Counted from the first letter of the stretch, positions 27,102 through 37,768 are shown. The stretch is DNA of 50,057 nt from Bacillales bacterium UBA7057 (GCA_002493865.1 DLAC01000039.1:1-50057), one strand, 5' to 3'. Numbers and translations are program-made. The notes: generated by a model from the letters alone, not told the origin.

Positions 27102-27899
27102 ATGAATGAGAAAAGAATGATCGATTCCTTTTATGAACATGGTATTTTTTTAGATTTTTATCAAATATTAGAAGTAAATCAGAATGCAGGTAGTGAGGAG
27201 ATTAAAAAGAATTATCATAGGCTTTCTAAAATGTATCATCCAGATTCCATACATGGAAATGTAGAAAAAATGCAGCAGCTTGGAACAGCTTACCGTATTT
27301 TAAAGGATGAAGAAACTAGAAAATTATATGATTCTTATTATTTAAATCAAGGAAAGAAAGAGACTACGAAACGAGCAGAAAGTTTTTATCACTATCATGC
27401 TCCAAGAAGTACATTCTCTAGTATCAATCGCTCTAGCGCTAGTTTTTCTTGGGATTATATCCGCGAAATTCTTAGAAAGTGTCATTATTCGGATATAAAG
27501 ATTGATGGTTTTATCGCTTGGTGTCAAAGAAATTCTGTTTCTATTTCTAATGGAAGTGAACTTGCATCAAAATTTAGAGAATATAACTCTTTGAATCATG
27601 AAGCAAATCAGATGAAAAGAACTTCTTATGAGTATCCTCAAGAAGAACGTAGATTTGTAGATTTTAGAAACTTAGAATATTCATCGATTCATTCTATGTT
27701 TTATCGTCAAATGATGGTTCGTCAAATGGTAATGTCCAGCCTTTTTAGTCAATATTTAGAAAATCCACTTTTCTCTTATCCACATGTTTCAAATTTTCAT
27801 CTTTATAGAACTCCTTCAGTTCGTATGGTGCTTTATCCTTATGTGCCAACTACAAGAGTGGTTTTCTATTCTAGACCAAAAGTAAAATATTATTTTTAG
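27102..27899 (+). CDS. J-domain protein (class C)
   Basis: DFYQILEV..EIKKNY..LSKMYHPD..AYRILKD..RKLYD. Confidence 0.85.
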   Translation: MNEKRMIDSFYEHGIFLDFYQILEVNQNAGSEEIKKNYHRLSKMYHPDSIHGNVEKMQQLGTAYRILKDEETRKLYDSYYLNQGKKETTKRAESFYHYHAPRSTFSSINRSSASFSWDYIREILRKCHYSDIKIDGFIAWCQRNSVSISNGSELASKFREYNSLNHEANQMKRTSYEYPQEERRFVDFRNLEYSSIHSMFYRQMMVRQMVMSSLFSQYLENPLFSYPHVSNFHLYRTPSVRMVLYPYVPTTRVVFYSRPKVKYYF

Positions 27900-27995
27900 A
27901 AAGAGTCCCAATCCGGGCTTTTTTTGATGCAAGTAAAAAATTGTTGTAAAATAATAGAAAATATGCTATAATATGGCGGTAGTGAGGTGGTTTGA

Positions 27996-29060
27996 GTGAG
28001 TAATGCTCAAAGTGTTCAAAAAATTAGATTTGCTTTTGAAGAAGGGGAATTTCAAGATTTTTATAAACTGCTAGGAGTCAATATGGATGCAACTGATGAA
28101 GAACTTAAGAGTCGCTATAAGTTTTTATCTAAGTTTTATCATCCAGATGCTCCAACGGGAGATGCAGTTTTAATGGGTAAGATTTCAAAAGCTTATAACT
28201 TTTTAAAGGATCCAGCGATGCGTAGTGTTTATAATTTGTTTTATCTAGATAAGATTGATAGAGAAAATGGTACCCAAGATGTGTCTATGGAATCTGCTGA
28301 ATCTGAGGAACCTGTTACTCAAGATGTGTCTATGGAATCCGTTGAATCTGAGGAACCTGTTACCCAAGATGTGCCTATGGAATCTGTTAAACCTGAGGAG
28401 TCTATGACTCCAGAAGTTTCTAAAGAATCTGTTCAACAAAAAGGTTCTAATCATGGAAACTCAAAGAATAGAAATTCTAGTTATACTAAGAATTATAGGA
28501 ATTCTACTAAAAGAAGGGGAACGAGTTATCATTTTGAGATTTCTCCAAATGCAATTCGTAATACTTTAAGGAATCACCATTATTCAGAAGAAACAATTCG
28601 TAACTTTCTATCATGGTGTCAAGAACATCATATGAGAATTACTAATGGTAAGGAACTTCATTCTGTATTTTTAAAATATCTTTCTATGTCAAAAGAAACG
28701 AAAGAGTCTAAGAAATCTATTCATCTAGAGCCTGAGGTTTTCTCTCGCCGTAAAAATGCACGCTATCATTTAAGAAGAGAGAATCGTTATCGCCATAAGA
28801 GAAATACAAATCAGAATGTAAAAAAGGGAACTCGTCATACTGTTATTTTCCATTTTCCATTCCAACGTGAATTCAAAGCATGTCAGGCATTTATTAAAAA
28901 TTACTCTTCTAGTATTTGCAATCTTCAGATTTTTGAATTTCCATCTTTTGTTACTCTTGCTCGTACGATTCAAAATGTAACTGTTTTCTTGAATGCAAAT
29001 AAAAATCAGGATAAAAAGAAGAAATATAAAAATAAAACATTGTTAAAAAAAGCCTCTTAG
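27996..29060 (+). CDS. J-domain protein (class C), paralog with internal tandem repeat
   Basis: DFYKLLGV..LSKFYHPD..AYNFLKD..R..Y; GAGGTGG RBS, GTG start. Confidence 0.85.
   Translation: MSNAQSVQKIRFAFEEGEFQDFYKLLGVNMDATDEELKSRYKFLSKFYHPDAPTGDAVLMGKISKAYNFLKDPAMRSVYNLFYLDKIDRENGTQDVSMESAESEEPVTQDVSMESVESEEPVTQDVPMESVKPEESMTPEVSKESVQQKGSNHGNSKNRNSSYTKNYRNSTKRRGTSYHFEISPNAIRNTLRNHHYSEETIRNFLSWCQEHHMRITNGKELHSVFLKYLSMSKETKESKKSIHLEPEVFSRRKNARYHLRRENRYRHKRNTNQNVKKGTRHTVIFHFPFQREFKACQAFIKNYSSSICNLQIFEFPSFVTLARTIQNVTVFLNANKNQDKKKKYKNKTLLKKAS
28272..28433 (+). repeat. 45-bp coding tandem repeat (about 3.5 copies)
   Basis: TQDVSMESAESEEPV / TQDVSMESVESEEPV / TQDVPMESVKPEESM / TPEVSKESV; units start at 28272, 28317, 28362, 28407. 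Confidence 0.9.
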
Positions 29061-29077
29061 AGGTTTTTCTTTTGCAT

Positions 29078-29109
29078 CAAAAAAAGCATACATTTCGTAT
29101 GCCTTTTTT
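29078..29109 (-). terminator. rpsD terminator
   Basis: AAAAAAGCATAC-attt-CGTATGCCTTTTTT. Confidence 0.7.
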
Positions 29110-29114
29110 GGGTT

Positions 29115-29717
29115 CTATCTGTTATAGAATTCAACGATTAATGATTCGTTAATATCAGCGTTTAGTTCGCTTCTTTCTGGTAATCTAACAAGCTTACCTT
29201 CTAATTTCTTGTCATCAAAAGTTACAAATTCTACTCTCTTAGTTACTTTTTCTAAAGCAGCCTTCATAGCAGGATGCTCTTTTGAACTTTCTTTTACTGC
29301 GATTACAGATCCTACTTTTACACGGTAAGAAGGGATATCTACTTTTTTACCATCTACTGTAATATGTCCATGGTTGACTAATTGTCTAGCCCCACGACGA
29401 GTAGATGCAAGTCCTAAACGATAAACAACATTATCTAATCTTGATTCTAGTAACTTTAAGAAGTTTTCACCATGAATACCTTTCATGTTTGCTGCTTCTT
29501 TGAAAGTTTTCTTGAATTGTCTTTCGTTTACTCCATACATGAATCTAACTTTTTGCTTTTCTTTTAACTGTTCAGCATAGTTAGAAAGTTTTCCTCTTCT
29601 GTCTTTTCCGTGTTGTCCTGGTCCGTAAGGACGACGAGCTAATTCTTTTCCAGTTTCACTTAATGAAAAGTTAACTCTACGAGATTGTTTGTAACTTGGC
29701 CCTGTATATCTTGCCAT
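29115..29717 (-). CDS. rpsD: 30S ribosomal protein S4
   Basis: [47 protein letters not shown]. Confidence 0.98.
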   Translation of the reverse strand: MARYTGPSYKQSRRVNFSLSETGKELARRPYGPGQHGKDRRGKLSNYAEQLKEKQKVRFMYGVNERQFKKTFKEAANMKGIHGENFLKLLESRLDNVVYRLGLASTRRGARQLVNHGHITVDGKKVDIPSYRVKVGSVIAVKESSKEHPAMKAALEKVTKRVEFVTFDDKKLEGKLVRLPERSELNADINESLIVEFYNR

Positions 29718-29905
29718 ACTATTTCCTCCTTCGATATTTCATAAACATCGAATTGATATTAGAAGAATCTTAGGGAGTCCAATTTTTTACTTTCACCTAA
29801 CAGCGAAGGGTACTCGTTATTTCAAGGACACATTAAAATTTTCTAATATGCGCTGTTCAATGAATATGCAATCTAGATTATAAGGGATAGAGTGTAAAAA
29901 GTCAA
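29718..29905 (-). promoter_or_regulatory. rpsD sigma-A promoter and long 5' leader (probable S4 autoregulatory RNA)
   Basis: Minus-strand TTGACT-17-TATAAT at 29905-29877; about 150-nt leader with AACAGCG...CGCTGTT pairing and GTAAAA element, as in Bacilli S4 leaders. Confidence 0.65.
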
Positions 29906-30028
29906 GGGATTTTCTGCTGATCGCCTTCAATTTCTTGTAATGCTATAATCATGGCTATACGATTTTTATTTAATTCTTTAAAATCCAAAAGCTTTATGTT
30001 AGAATAAGTTATGAAAGGATGGATTTTA

Positions 30029-30496
30029 ATGGACTATCAACAAACGTGCAAATTTTATACACAAGAGAAAATACCTGAGGTATGGAAAATAGCAGTGGAG
30101 GCTGAAAAGACTGCAGAAATCTTAACCTATAGCCTAGTTGCTAATTGTCTTGAAAATTTTTCAGATGTTTATGTAGAATTAGATGCTTCTTCACCGGTTG
30201 CGAAAGTATTAATGAGTTGGAAAGCAAGGGAACAGATTGATTTTGGAAAACATGCACTTCAATTACCTTCCCCAGAAAATGGTAAGGTTGCATTTCGCTG
30301 TATTTATGATATTTACGAAATTAAGGAAGATATGGAAATGCTCGCCAATGATTTGTTTGGAACGATTGATGCCAGTAAAGTTGGGGAGAAATCTTTATTC
30401 GATGACAATCATGAAATACCAGATGAAATAATTGAACCACTCATTCAAGAAATTCAAAAAAGAAAATCAATTTCAGGGCAAACTAATTTCGTTTGA
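30029..30496 (+). CDS. Hypothetical protein
   Basis: ORF divergent from rpsD; start uncertain (30011 or 30029). Confidence 0.6.
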   Translation: MDYQQTCKFYTQEKIPEVWKIAVEAEKTAEILTYSLVANCLENFSDVYVELDASSPVAKVLMSWKAREQIDFGKHALQLPSPENGKVAFRCIYDIYEIKEDMEMLANDLFGTIDASKVGEKSLFDDNHEIPDEIIEPLIQEIQKRKSISGQTNFV

Positions 30497-30593
30497 CAGA
30501 AAAATATATTTTCTGTCTTTTTAATTTTTCTAAAAAATAGTGGCTTTTTTCGACTTTTTTTGATAGAATAGAGAGGCAAAAGAGGGTGGAAGT

Positions 30594-31718
30594 ATGATTT
30601 ATTTAGATTATAGTGCAACAACACCAGTAGATGGAGAAGTACTTGATTCATATATAAAGTGTTGTCGTAATTATCTAGGAAACCCAAATTCTCTTCATAA
30701 ATTGGGAGTAGAATCTAAAAAACTCATGGATTCTGCTACAGAACAAGTAGCTAATCTACTCGGGTGTAAGTCATCAGAAGTCATCTTTACAAGTGGTGCG
30801 AGTGAATCCAATAATTTAGCACTCATAGGAGTATGTGAATATTATCAAAATCGAGGAAAGCATATTGTTACAACTAAACTTGAGCATTCTAGTATTTTGG
30901 AAACGGTTGCCTATTTAGAAAAGCGTGGTTATATCATAGATTATGTTCCGGTTTTAGAAAATGGGCTCATTGATTTAGAAGCATTATCTAGGTTGATTAC
31001 CAAAGATACAATTCTTGTTAGTATTGCTCAAGTAAGTAGTGAAGTGGGGATTCTTCAGCCTATTGAGGAAATTGCTAAGATTGTGAAAAACTATCCAACT
31101 ACGATTTTTCATGTCGATGGAACGCAGGCAGTTGGAAAGATTCCTGTTTCTCTAGAAAATATTGATTTATATAGCTTTAGTGCTCATAAATTTTATGGAA
31201 TGAAGGGAATTGGGTGCTTAATTAAAAAAGAAAACATTCAGCTAGAACCTTTAATTCATGGTGGAAAAAGTCAATCCAATTTTCGTAGCGGAACACCAGC
31301 ACTTCCTCTAATTGTAAGTCTTTCCAAGGCTCTACGGCTTTCTATTTTGGATTTAGATTCTAGATATCAAAAAGTAAAATATTTCAGTGATTTATTGAAA
31401 AAAGAACTTTTAAATATAGATGGGATTATTTTAAATAGTGAAGATACTTCGATTCCTCATATTGTGAATCTTAGTATTCCTAACATTAAGCCTGAAACAA
31501 TGCTTCATGCTTTAGAAGAAAAAGAAATTTATATTTCTACCAAGACTGCTTGTTCTAAGGATCATAGTGATTCTTTATCCTTGACCACGATGGGAAGAGA
31601 TCATGAAATTTCAGGATATTCTCTTCGTGTTAGTATTAGTCATTTAACAACAGAACAAGAAATCGACAGTTTTGTGGAAAACTTAAAAGAATGTATTCAA
31701 AAACTAAGATTGAAATAA
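30594..31718 (+). CDS. iscS: Cysteine desulfurase (IscS/NifZ type)
   Basis: YLDYSATT, GNPNSLH, FTSGASE, EH, HVDGTQ, SAHKFYG, RSGT, STKTACS. Confidence 0.92.
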   Translation: MIYLDYSATTPVDGEVLDSYIKCCRNYLGNPNSLHKLGVESKKLMDSATEQVANLLGCKSSEVIFTSGASESNNLALIGVCEYYQNRGKHIVTTKLEHSSILETVAYLEKRGYIIDYVPVLENGLIDLEALSRLITKDTILVSIAQVSSEVGILQPIEEIAKIVKNYPTTIFHVDGTQAVGKIPVSLENIDLYSFSAHKFYGMKGIGCLIKKENIQLEPLIHGGKSQSNFRSGTPALPLIVSLSKALRLSILDLDSRYQKVKYFSDLLKKELLNIDGIILNSEDTSIPHIVNLSIPNIKPETMLHALEEKEIYISTKTACSKDHSDSLSLTTMGRDHEISGYSLRVSISHLTTEQEIDSFVENLKECIQKLRLK

Positions 31719-31750
31719 TTGCTTAGACAGAAAATAAAGGAGAATGAAAA

Positions 31751-32575
31751 ATGGATATTAATGCTTATGAAAAAATTAAACAAACGCTTACAGAAGCTTG
31801 TAGTGCGTTTGGAGTTCAAATGTTTGATTTATCGAAGGATACTTTGCAAAAACAAAATCAGTGGATGGTGGAAACCGGATGTGTGGAAAGAATCGCTAAT
31901 TTTCGTAAGAAATACCCTGATTCTAAAGTATCTGTTGAAAACTATGTATTTGATAGTGGATTAGAACTTTTTAATATTCAGTATTTATACAGAAATACCA
32001 AAGAGCAACTTTCTACAAGAAGAGAACTTGCTTTCGTTTATGATGGTCAAACGCTTGTGCGTCTTCGCCTTCGTAGTAGAAGAAAGAACTATTTGAATTT
32101 ACTACAAGATACTTTCGAAAGTCATTCCTTTTTTCAAATTGGTGAAAAGAATGTAGAAATTAGAAAAGTAGAAGTTTCCGTGGACAAGAGTTATTCTTGC
32201 TTTACGAGTTATCGCAATTTAACAGATATGACCTTATTACAAGAAGAATATTCTCAAGGAAGTTTGAATCGGCACAATTCATCCGATCAGTTATTAGATT
32301 CTTCTACCCTGTTAGATGATAATGATCAAATAACGGTTCGATATAGAAATCAAAAACCAGTTTCTGCACAGTTTCATGGGCAGTTACTGTTAGAAGATTT
32401 CGGATATGAACCTAACTCTGAAGAAGCAGCTGTAGAAGTAGTAAAAGGAGTCAATCAAGAAGTAGATGCAATTTGTGAAAAAATTAAATCTACTATTCGT
32501 GGGAATATAAAAATAGGTACAGGTGTTCAAAAGACAATAGGTACAGGTGTTCAAAAGACAATTGGCGTCAAATAA
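31751..32575 (+). CDS. Hypothetical protein inserted between desulfurase and thiI
   Basis: AAGGAG RBS; 274 aa. Confidence 0.7.
   Translation: MDINAYEKIKQTLTEACSAFGVQMFDLSKDTLQKQNQWMVETGCVERIANFRKKYPDSKVSVENYVFDSGLELFNIQYLYRNTKEQLSTRRELAFVYDGQTLVRLRLRSRRKNYLNLLQDTFESHSFFQIGEKNVEIRKVEVSVDKSYSCFTSYRNLTDMTLLQEEYSQGSLNRHNSSDQLLDSSTLLDDNDQITVRYRNQKPVSAQFHGQLLLEDFGYEPNSEEAAVEVVKGVNQEVDAICEKIKSTIRGNIKIGTGVQKTIGTGVQKTIGVK
32512..32565 (+). repeat. 24-bp tandem duplication at gene end
   Basis: AATAGGTACAGGTGTTCAAAAGAC x2, encoding IGTGVQKT IGTGVQKT IG. Confidence 0.9.
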
Positions 32576-32620
32576 AAAATTTAAAAAATAAGGTTTAAAA
32601 ATAGAAAGGGTGGGTATAAT

Positions 32621-33805
32621 ATGGAAAAAGTGGTACTAATTAAATATGGAGAACTTACTACGAAAAAAGGAAATCGTAAATTTTTTATCAATACCTTATA
32701 TCAAAATCTGCAAAAAAAATTAAACGGTCTCCATGTGAAGATTAGTAGGGATATTTCTAGAATGTATATCGAATTCGAAGAAAAGGAACTGAATCTAGTT
32801 TTAGGAAAAATCAATCAAGTGTTTGGAATTCATACATATCAAGTGGCTAGTAAAATTCCTACAGATATCAAGGAAATTGAAAAAAATGTGATAGAGTTAA
32901 TGAAGGGAAAAAAGGGAACCTTTAAAGTAGATACAAAACGTAGTGATAAAAAGTTTCCAATTCAAAGCACAGAATTTAGTAGACAAATGGGTGGAGTTGT
33001 TTTAAAAAATAATTCTTCTCTTCATGTGGATGTTCATCACCCAGATACGACTCTTTCTATTGAAATATTAGAACGATTTACCTATTTATATACAGATACA
33101 TTTTATGGACTTGGTGGATATCCCGTTGGGACACAACCACGTGGAATGCTCATGTTAAGTGGAGGAATTGATTCCCCTGTTGCAGGTTATCTTGCCTTAA
33201 AACGGGGGATTAAAATTGAAGCAGTTTATTTTGAAGCAATTCCACATACTAGTATTGAGGCTAGAAATAAAGTAATTGATTTATGTAAGAAGTTATCTTT
33301 TTATACAGATAAAATCAATCTGCATATTATCCCATTTACAGAAATTCAAGAAGCCATTTATAAAGAATGTAATCCAGAATACTGTATTACCATTATGAGA
33401 CGTATGATGTATCGTATTATGGAAAGAATGGCAAAAAAACATAAAGGACTTGCGATTATTAATGGAGAATCTATCGGTCAGGTTGCTAGTCAAACCTTAA
33501 CAAGCATGAGTGTCATTAATGAAGTCACCAATATGCCAGTCATTCGTCCCGTTGCGTGCTTAGATAAATTAGAAATTATTGATCTGGCAAAAAAAATAGA
33601 TACTTATGATATTAGTATCTTACCATACGAAGATTGTTGTACTGTCTTTGTACCAAAACATCCTGTGATCAATCCTAATTTACAAGAATGCTTCGATAAT
33701 GAAAAAAAATTTGATTATCTAAAGATGATTGATACAATCATGGATCATGTTCAAACAATTGTAATTCAAGAAGTAATGGAAGATTCTTATCAAGATTTAT
33801 TATAA
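32621..33805 (+). CDS. thiI: tRNA 4-thiouridine(8) synthase
   Basis: IKYGELTTKKGNR, THUMP, GGYPVGT, LSGGIDSPVA, GESIGQVASQT, PYEDCC. Confidence 0.95.
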   Translation: MEKVVLIKYGELTTKKGNRKFFINTLYQNLQKKLNGLHVKISRDISRMYIEFEEKELNLVLGKINQVFGIHTYQVASKIPTDIKEIEKNVIELMKGKKGTFKVDTKRSDKKFPIQSTEFSRQMGGVVLKNNSSLHVDVHHPDTTLSIEILERFTYLYTDTFYGLGGYPVGTQPRGMLMLSGGIDSPVAGYLALKRGIKIEAVYFEAIPHTSIEARNKVIDLCKKLSFYTDKINLHIIPFTEIQEAIYKECNPEYCITIMRRMMYRIMERMAKKHKGLAIINGESIGQVASQTLTSMSVINEVTNMPVIRPVACLDKLEIIDLAKKIDTYDISILPYEDCCTVFVPKHPVINPNLQECFDNEKKFDYLKMIDTIMDHVQTIVIQEVMEDSYQDLL

Positions 33806-33833
33806 AAAGTAAAAAATTTCCAATAAATTTTGT

Positions 33834-33862
33834 GTATGAAATTTTCCAATTCTCACAACCTA
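33834..33862 (+). promoter_or_regulatory. Sigma-G-like forespore promoter
   Basis: GTATG-17 nt-CAACCTA upstream of SASP gene. Confidence 0.45.
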
Positions 33863-33886
33863 GTAATGTATAGGAGGTGAGAAACA

Positions 33887-34099
33887 ATGAATAACACAAA
33901 TAACTCATCAATGAAAATGAGAGTTCCTGGTGCTAAACAAGCAATCGAAAAGATGAAATACGAAATCGCTAACGAATTCGGTGTTAACTTAGGACCAGAT
34001 GCTACTAGCCGTGCTAACGGAACTGTAGGTGGTGAAATCACTAGACGTTTAGTTCAAAATGGAATGAACCAAATCAGTGGAAGCTACCAAAACAAATAA
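33887..34099 (+). CDS. sspA: Alpha/beta-type small acid-soluble spore protein
   Basis: [38 protein letters not shown]; follows thiI as in Bacillus. Confidence 0.92.
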   Translation: MNNTNNSSMKMRVPGAKQAIEKMKYEIANEFGVNLGPDATSRANGTVGGEITRRLVQNGMNQISGSYQNK

Positions 34100-34117
34100 T
34101 TAATTTAGGATAGCTTA

Positions 34118-34146
34118 AAAGATAGGTGATTCATACCTATCTTTTT
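34118..34146 (+). terminator. Intrinsic terminator
   Basis: AAAGATAGGTG-att-CATACCTATCTTTTT. Confidence 0.75.
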
Positions 34147-34205
34147 GTGTTTTAAAAATCTTTCTTTTTGAATGATAAAAGTTTATAATTGAATTGGTGA
34201 TAACT

Positions 34206-34712
34206 ATGAATATAAAAGTAATTAGTGTATTCGCAGGACTTGGTAAAACTACAGTTGCACAGAAATATCCAAATGTATGTGACTTGAGAAGTTCTCTTTA
34301 TCGATGTGATTATTCTAATATAAAAGAAGAGGATTACGAAAAGATGAAATGCGTAGAAAATCGTATTCCTAATCCAGACTGGCCTAATAATTATCTAAAT
34401 GCATTAAAAGATTCAATCGAAAAATATGATTTGGTTTTGGTTCCATCGAACCCAGATATCCGTGATTTATTAATGGAAAACGATATTCCTTTTTTGTTTA
34501 TCTTGCCCTCGTTAGATAGTCGTGATTTATTATTCAAAAGGTATCAAAATCGGGGAAATAGTGAAGAATTAATTCATAGTGTGATGGAATATTTTGATAC
34601 TTGGAGTAGAAATCAAGAAGATTATTCTTATCCAATTATGATTTTAGAGAAAAATCAATATTTAGAAGAACTACTTTTAGATTTACATTTGCTTGGAAGA
34701 AAAAATAGTTAG
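34206..34712 (+). CDS. Small P-loop NTPase / kinase-like protein
   Basis: KVISVFAGLGKTT Walker A near N-terminus; WPNNY, RYQNRGN lid-like motif. Confidence 0.65.
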   Translation: MNIKVISVFAGLGKTTVAQKYPNVCDLRSSLYRCDYSNIKEEDYEKMKCVENRIPNPDWPNNYLNALKDSIEKYDLVLVPSNPDIRDLLMENDIPFLFILPSLDSRDLLFKRYQNRGNSEELIHSVMEYFDTWSRNQEDYSYPIMILEKNQYLEELLLDLHLLGRKNS

Positions 34713-34828
34713 ATATTGTTATTTATCTATATGTATTACTAGGGTACAACGCAATCAACTTTTGATTGCATTTTTATTTTATTTACTTTATAATAAAAAG
34801 CAATTATTTTTTTAAGGGGAGTTCGAAG

Positions 34829-36961
34829 ATGGAAAAATATCAAGTAAAATGCAAACTGATTAATGGAAAACCAAAGTATGGTATGATTGATGATGAATTA
34901 AACGTAGTAAAATCTTTTACGTACGATCAAATTATTGAAAAAAATGGAGTTTTTATTTTAAAATGTGAAAATGAACCAGATGAAGTGTTTTATGATGGAA
35001 AGATGATCATTCAGAAAGAGGATGATTTTCATGATATACAACTTGTTTCTGGTGGAAACTATTGGTTTACTTTTGCGGTACAAAAGCCTTCCAATGGATA
35101 TGGAATTATTGAGCGAAATAAGGAAGGAAAAGGAGAAAGCATCGAGTATCCTTTTGGAAAAGCCAATCAAATCGTCATTGATGATAGTGGCAAGGTTCTG
35201 TTATATAAAAAAATGAAAACAAAAACGGGAAAGGGCGTATGGAATGATCCTCAATTTGGAACCTTGAATCCTATTTATGAAGATTTTCAATATAGGGATA
35301 TAGATTTACCTTATCGTCCTACAATGCCAGATCCTAGTCATACTTTTGTGGACCCTGATGTATCTTGGCATTTCGTAGAAAATTCTTTCGGCAGTGAGAA
35401 TAAATTTTCAAGAAAAGTGGAATTTGTGTTCTATTCTAAAAAAGTTTCTGGAAAAAAGAAATATGGGGTTATGACGAAACAATATGATCAGAAGAAATCT
35501 GGATATCATGAAGTTTATACATTTCAGGATTTTATAAAAAATAAAGATTCCGTTTGGATGGATGACAAACATCAATGTTTTGTATGCAAAACTAAGAAAA
35601 ATGGAACAGAATATATTGATTTAATTCCTTATACGTATGACTGGAAGATTTATACAAAAGGTTCTTGTGTTTATGGAAGACCAGTATTATCTATTTCATT
35701 TCAATTTAAAGAGAAAATCGAGGATTATTCTTTCATTCCTGATTCTTCTTACTTAAAGGCAAAAGTAAATGGAAAGTGGGGAGTGTTTGAAGTTTTTATT
35801 CCTAAGGATCATAGTCCATACGATCATCATTATGCGAAGGGACGCTATTGTAAAGTGATTGATTTTTGTTATGACTCTCCTGAAGATATTGAGTATTGTT
35901 CCGATGAACAATTTATTTTGAAAGATGGGGATCATAAGAAAGCAGTTAAATTTTATAAAGAAGCAAGTTATCTTATCCTTCATACAAAGTCTATTGTTTC
36001 TGATAGTTATCCTAATATCGAAAAATTCCATGATGGATATCAAATCACGACAGAAGATGGAAAGAAACGCTATGGGAAATTTTGTTATCAATATCGAGAT
36101 TCTGAAGCGCATCGTTGGTTTGATGTTTCTCTAAAAGAATATTTGGCACTTAGCCGATATGACGATGTTGTTCAAGGAGTTACAGAATTAAAAGATGATC
36201 AGAAGCGTTTTGATATGATGGCTTCTCCTAGCAAAGTAATTGTATCAGATGTTTCACGTGTTTCTAAACATTATAATGATTCTTCTCTTTCTAGTTTTCT
36301 TATTGAGTGTTTATTGACGAATGGGAATATAGTTGTTTTTGATAAGCAATGGAATCAATTTTTAGAGTCAAAGGACGTTACTTCTTATACTTACATTCCT
36401 AATTTAAATCTTTTTGATATTACTCATAGTAATGGTACACATAGTTTAGTTCCTAGTGATACCATGGGAAATGAAAATAGAAAAGTACTAGAACCGATTT
36501 TTGGTACTTATGATCAAGTTTCTTTAGAATGTAATCAGAAGGGACCTAAAAATTATACTGTCATCGTTTCTATGAAGACAGGAAATCCAGAACAACCATA
36601 TTGTGCACAAGAATATAGTTTTGAACGTAGTGGTTGGGATGGTTCGATTCAAAACTTTAACAAGGTATTTGAGGGAAATATTGTTGACTGTTTACCATTA
36701 CCTGAAATTAATCGAACGATTCTTACTGTATATGATTCAAAAGATGAAAAAAATGTAGTTGGTGTGATTGAAAACAAAAAAGGAAATGTTTCGATTCCAT
36801 TTGAGTTCGATTCTATTACATGGAATCCTCCTATTGGGGAAGAAATCGGTCAATTTGCAGGATGTGTGAACGATGAAACTACCTATTTTGATCAGGATGG
36901 ATACTATTTACCTGAAATGAATCGGCCTTCCAATAAGGATCCTAAGAAAAAGGAAATATAG
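34829..36961 (+). CDS. Large beta-rich hypothetical protein with WG-repeat-like segments
   Basis: KYGMIDD..YDQI, KKYGVM, NGKWGVF, VGVIENKKGNVSIPFEFDSI; GGGGAG RBS before 34829. Confidence 0.65.
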   Translation: MEKYQVKCKLINGKPKYGMIDDELNVVKSFTYDQIIEKNGVFILKCENEPDEVFYDGKMIIQKEDDFHDIQLVSGGNYWFTFAVQKPSNGYGIIERNKEGKGESIEYPFGKANQIVIDDSGKVLLYKKMKTKTGKGVWNDPQFGTLNPIYEDFQYRDIDLPYRPTMPDPSHTFVDPDVSWHFVENSFGSENKFSRKVEFVFYSKKVSGKKKYGVMTKQYDQKKSGYHEVYTFQDFIKNKDSVWMDDKHQCFVCKTKKNGTEYIDLIPYTYDWKIYTKGSCVYGRPVLSISFQFKEKIEDYSFIPDSSYLKAKVNGKWGVFEVFIPKDHSPYDHHYAKGRYCKVIDFCYDSPEDIEYCSDEQFILKDGDHKKAVKFYKEASYLILHTKSIVSDSYPNIEKFHDGYQITTEDGKKRYGKFCYQYRDSEAHRWFDVSLKEYLALSRYDDVVQGVTELKDDQKRFDMMASPSKVIVSDVSRVSKHYNDSSLSSFLIECLLTNGNIVVFDKQWNQFLESKDVTSYTYIPNLNLFDITHSNGTHSLVPSDTMGNENRKVLEPIFGTYDQVSLECNQKGPKNYTVIVSMKTGNPEQPYCAQEYSFERSGWDGSIQNFNKVFEGNIVDCLPLPEINRTILTVYDSKDEKNVVGVIENKKGNVSIPFEFDSITWNPPIGEEIGQFAGCVNDETTYFDQDGYYLPEMNRPSNKDPKKKEI

Positions 36962-37088
36962 AAAATTATATAATTTTATTATTCAAAGCTAGGAGCGAAT
37001 CCTAGTTTTATTTTTATCATATTGAAAAAATAGTAGATTTTATTCTACTTTTATGATAAAATATAAACCACTTTAGGGGGAACTAGGA

Positions 37089-37745
37089 ATGATTGATATA
37101 GCAGCAATCGGAGAAAGAAAATTTATAACTACTAAGAAAAGTAATATGGATATAGAAATTTTTCCTTATTTAACAGAAAAGTTACAAAATTTAAATATCA
37201 ATGTTACTGGTTGTTATGAAGGTAACCCTATCGATTTAATGAAAAATCATTATTTACAGCATTGGTGTTATGAATCTACTAATACAGCAATTGTATTTTT
37301 TGATGATGAAGATTTCATAGAGCGAGGTAGTATTACTGTATATCCAAATGAAAGATTTTCCCATGCATGGATTGTATTTACCTTAAAAAAACAAAAGTAT
37401 GTCTTAGACTTAGCTCTCGATGTTTTATGTAAGAAAGAACTATATGATTCTTTATTCGAACCTAAGATAGAGGGATATTCTTCTTCTTTAACAACTAGAG
37501 ATTATTTGATTCAGAAGCTTTTGAATCCTCCGGTAGAAAAGCATTCGAAAGAAAGTATGGAATTTATAAAAAAATTAGAACGATTCCGTGGAGAATCTTC
37601 TAAGAATCCATCGAAAGAAGTACACATTTTTGGCAGTAATTGTATCTATGATCCGATGTATCGTGGGAATGTAGGGTACATTGGTTCTTTCGGAAATGGG
37701 AAAATCAAAAAATTATCTGCATACTTTTATGATCCTAGGGGTTAG
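37089..37745 (+). CDS. Hypothetical protein with putative Cys-His-Asp (transglutaminase/papain-like) triad
   Basis: HWCYES...SHAWIVF...YVLD. Confidence 0.6.
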   Translation: MIDIAAIGERKFITTKKSNMDIEIFPYLTEKLQNLNINVTGCYEGNPIDLMKNHYLQHWCYESTNTAIVFFDDEDFIERGSITVYPNERFSHAWIVFTLKKQKYVLDLALDVLCKKELYDSLFEPKIEGYSSSLTTRDYLIQKLLNPPVEKHSKESMEFIKKLERFRGESSKNPSKEVHIFGSNCIYDPMYRGNVGYIGSFGNGKIKKLSAYFYDPRG

Positions 37746-37768
37746 CGATTAATTTAGGAGGTGATTGG

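Noticed and set aside
28272-28433. 45-bp repeats as a possible CRISPR array
   Set aside because: Head-to-tail in-frame coding repeats with no spacers and no cas genes.
31719-31964. 81-aa alternative-frame ORF and other 60-120 aa nested ORFs
   Set aside because: Overlap better-supported genes, lack RBS and motifs; expected by chance.
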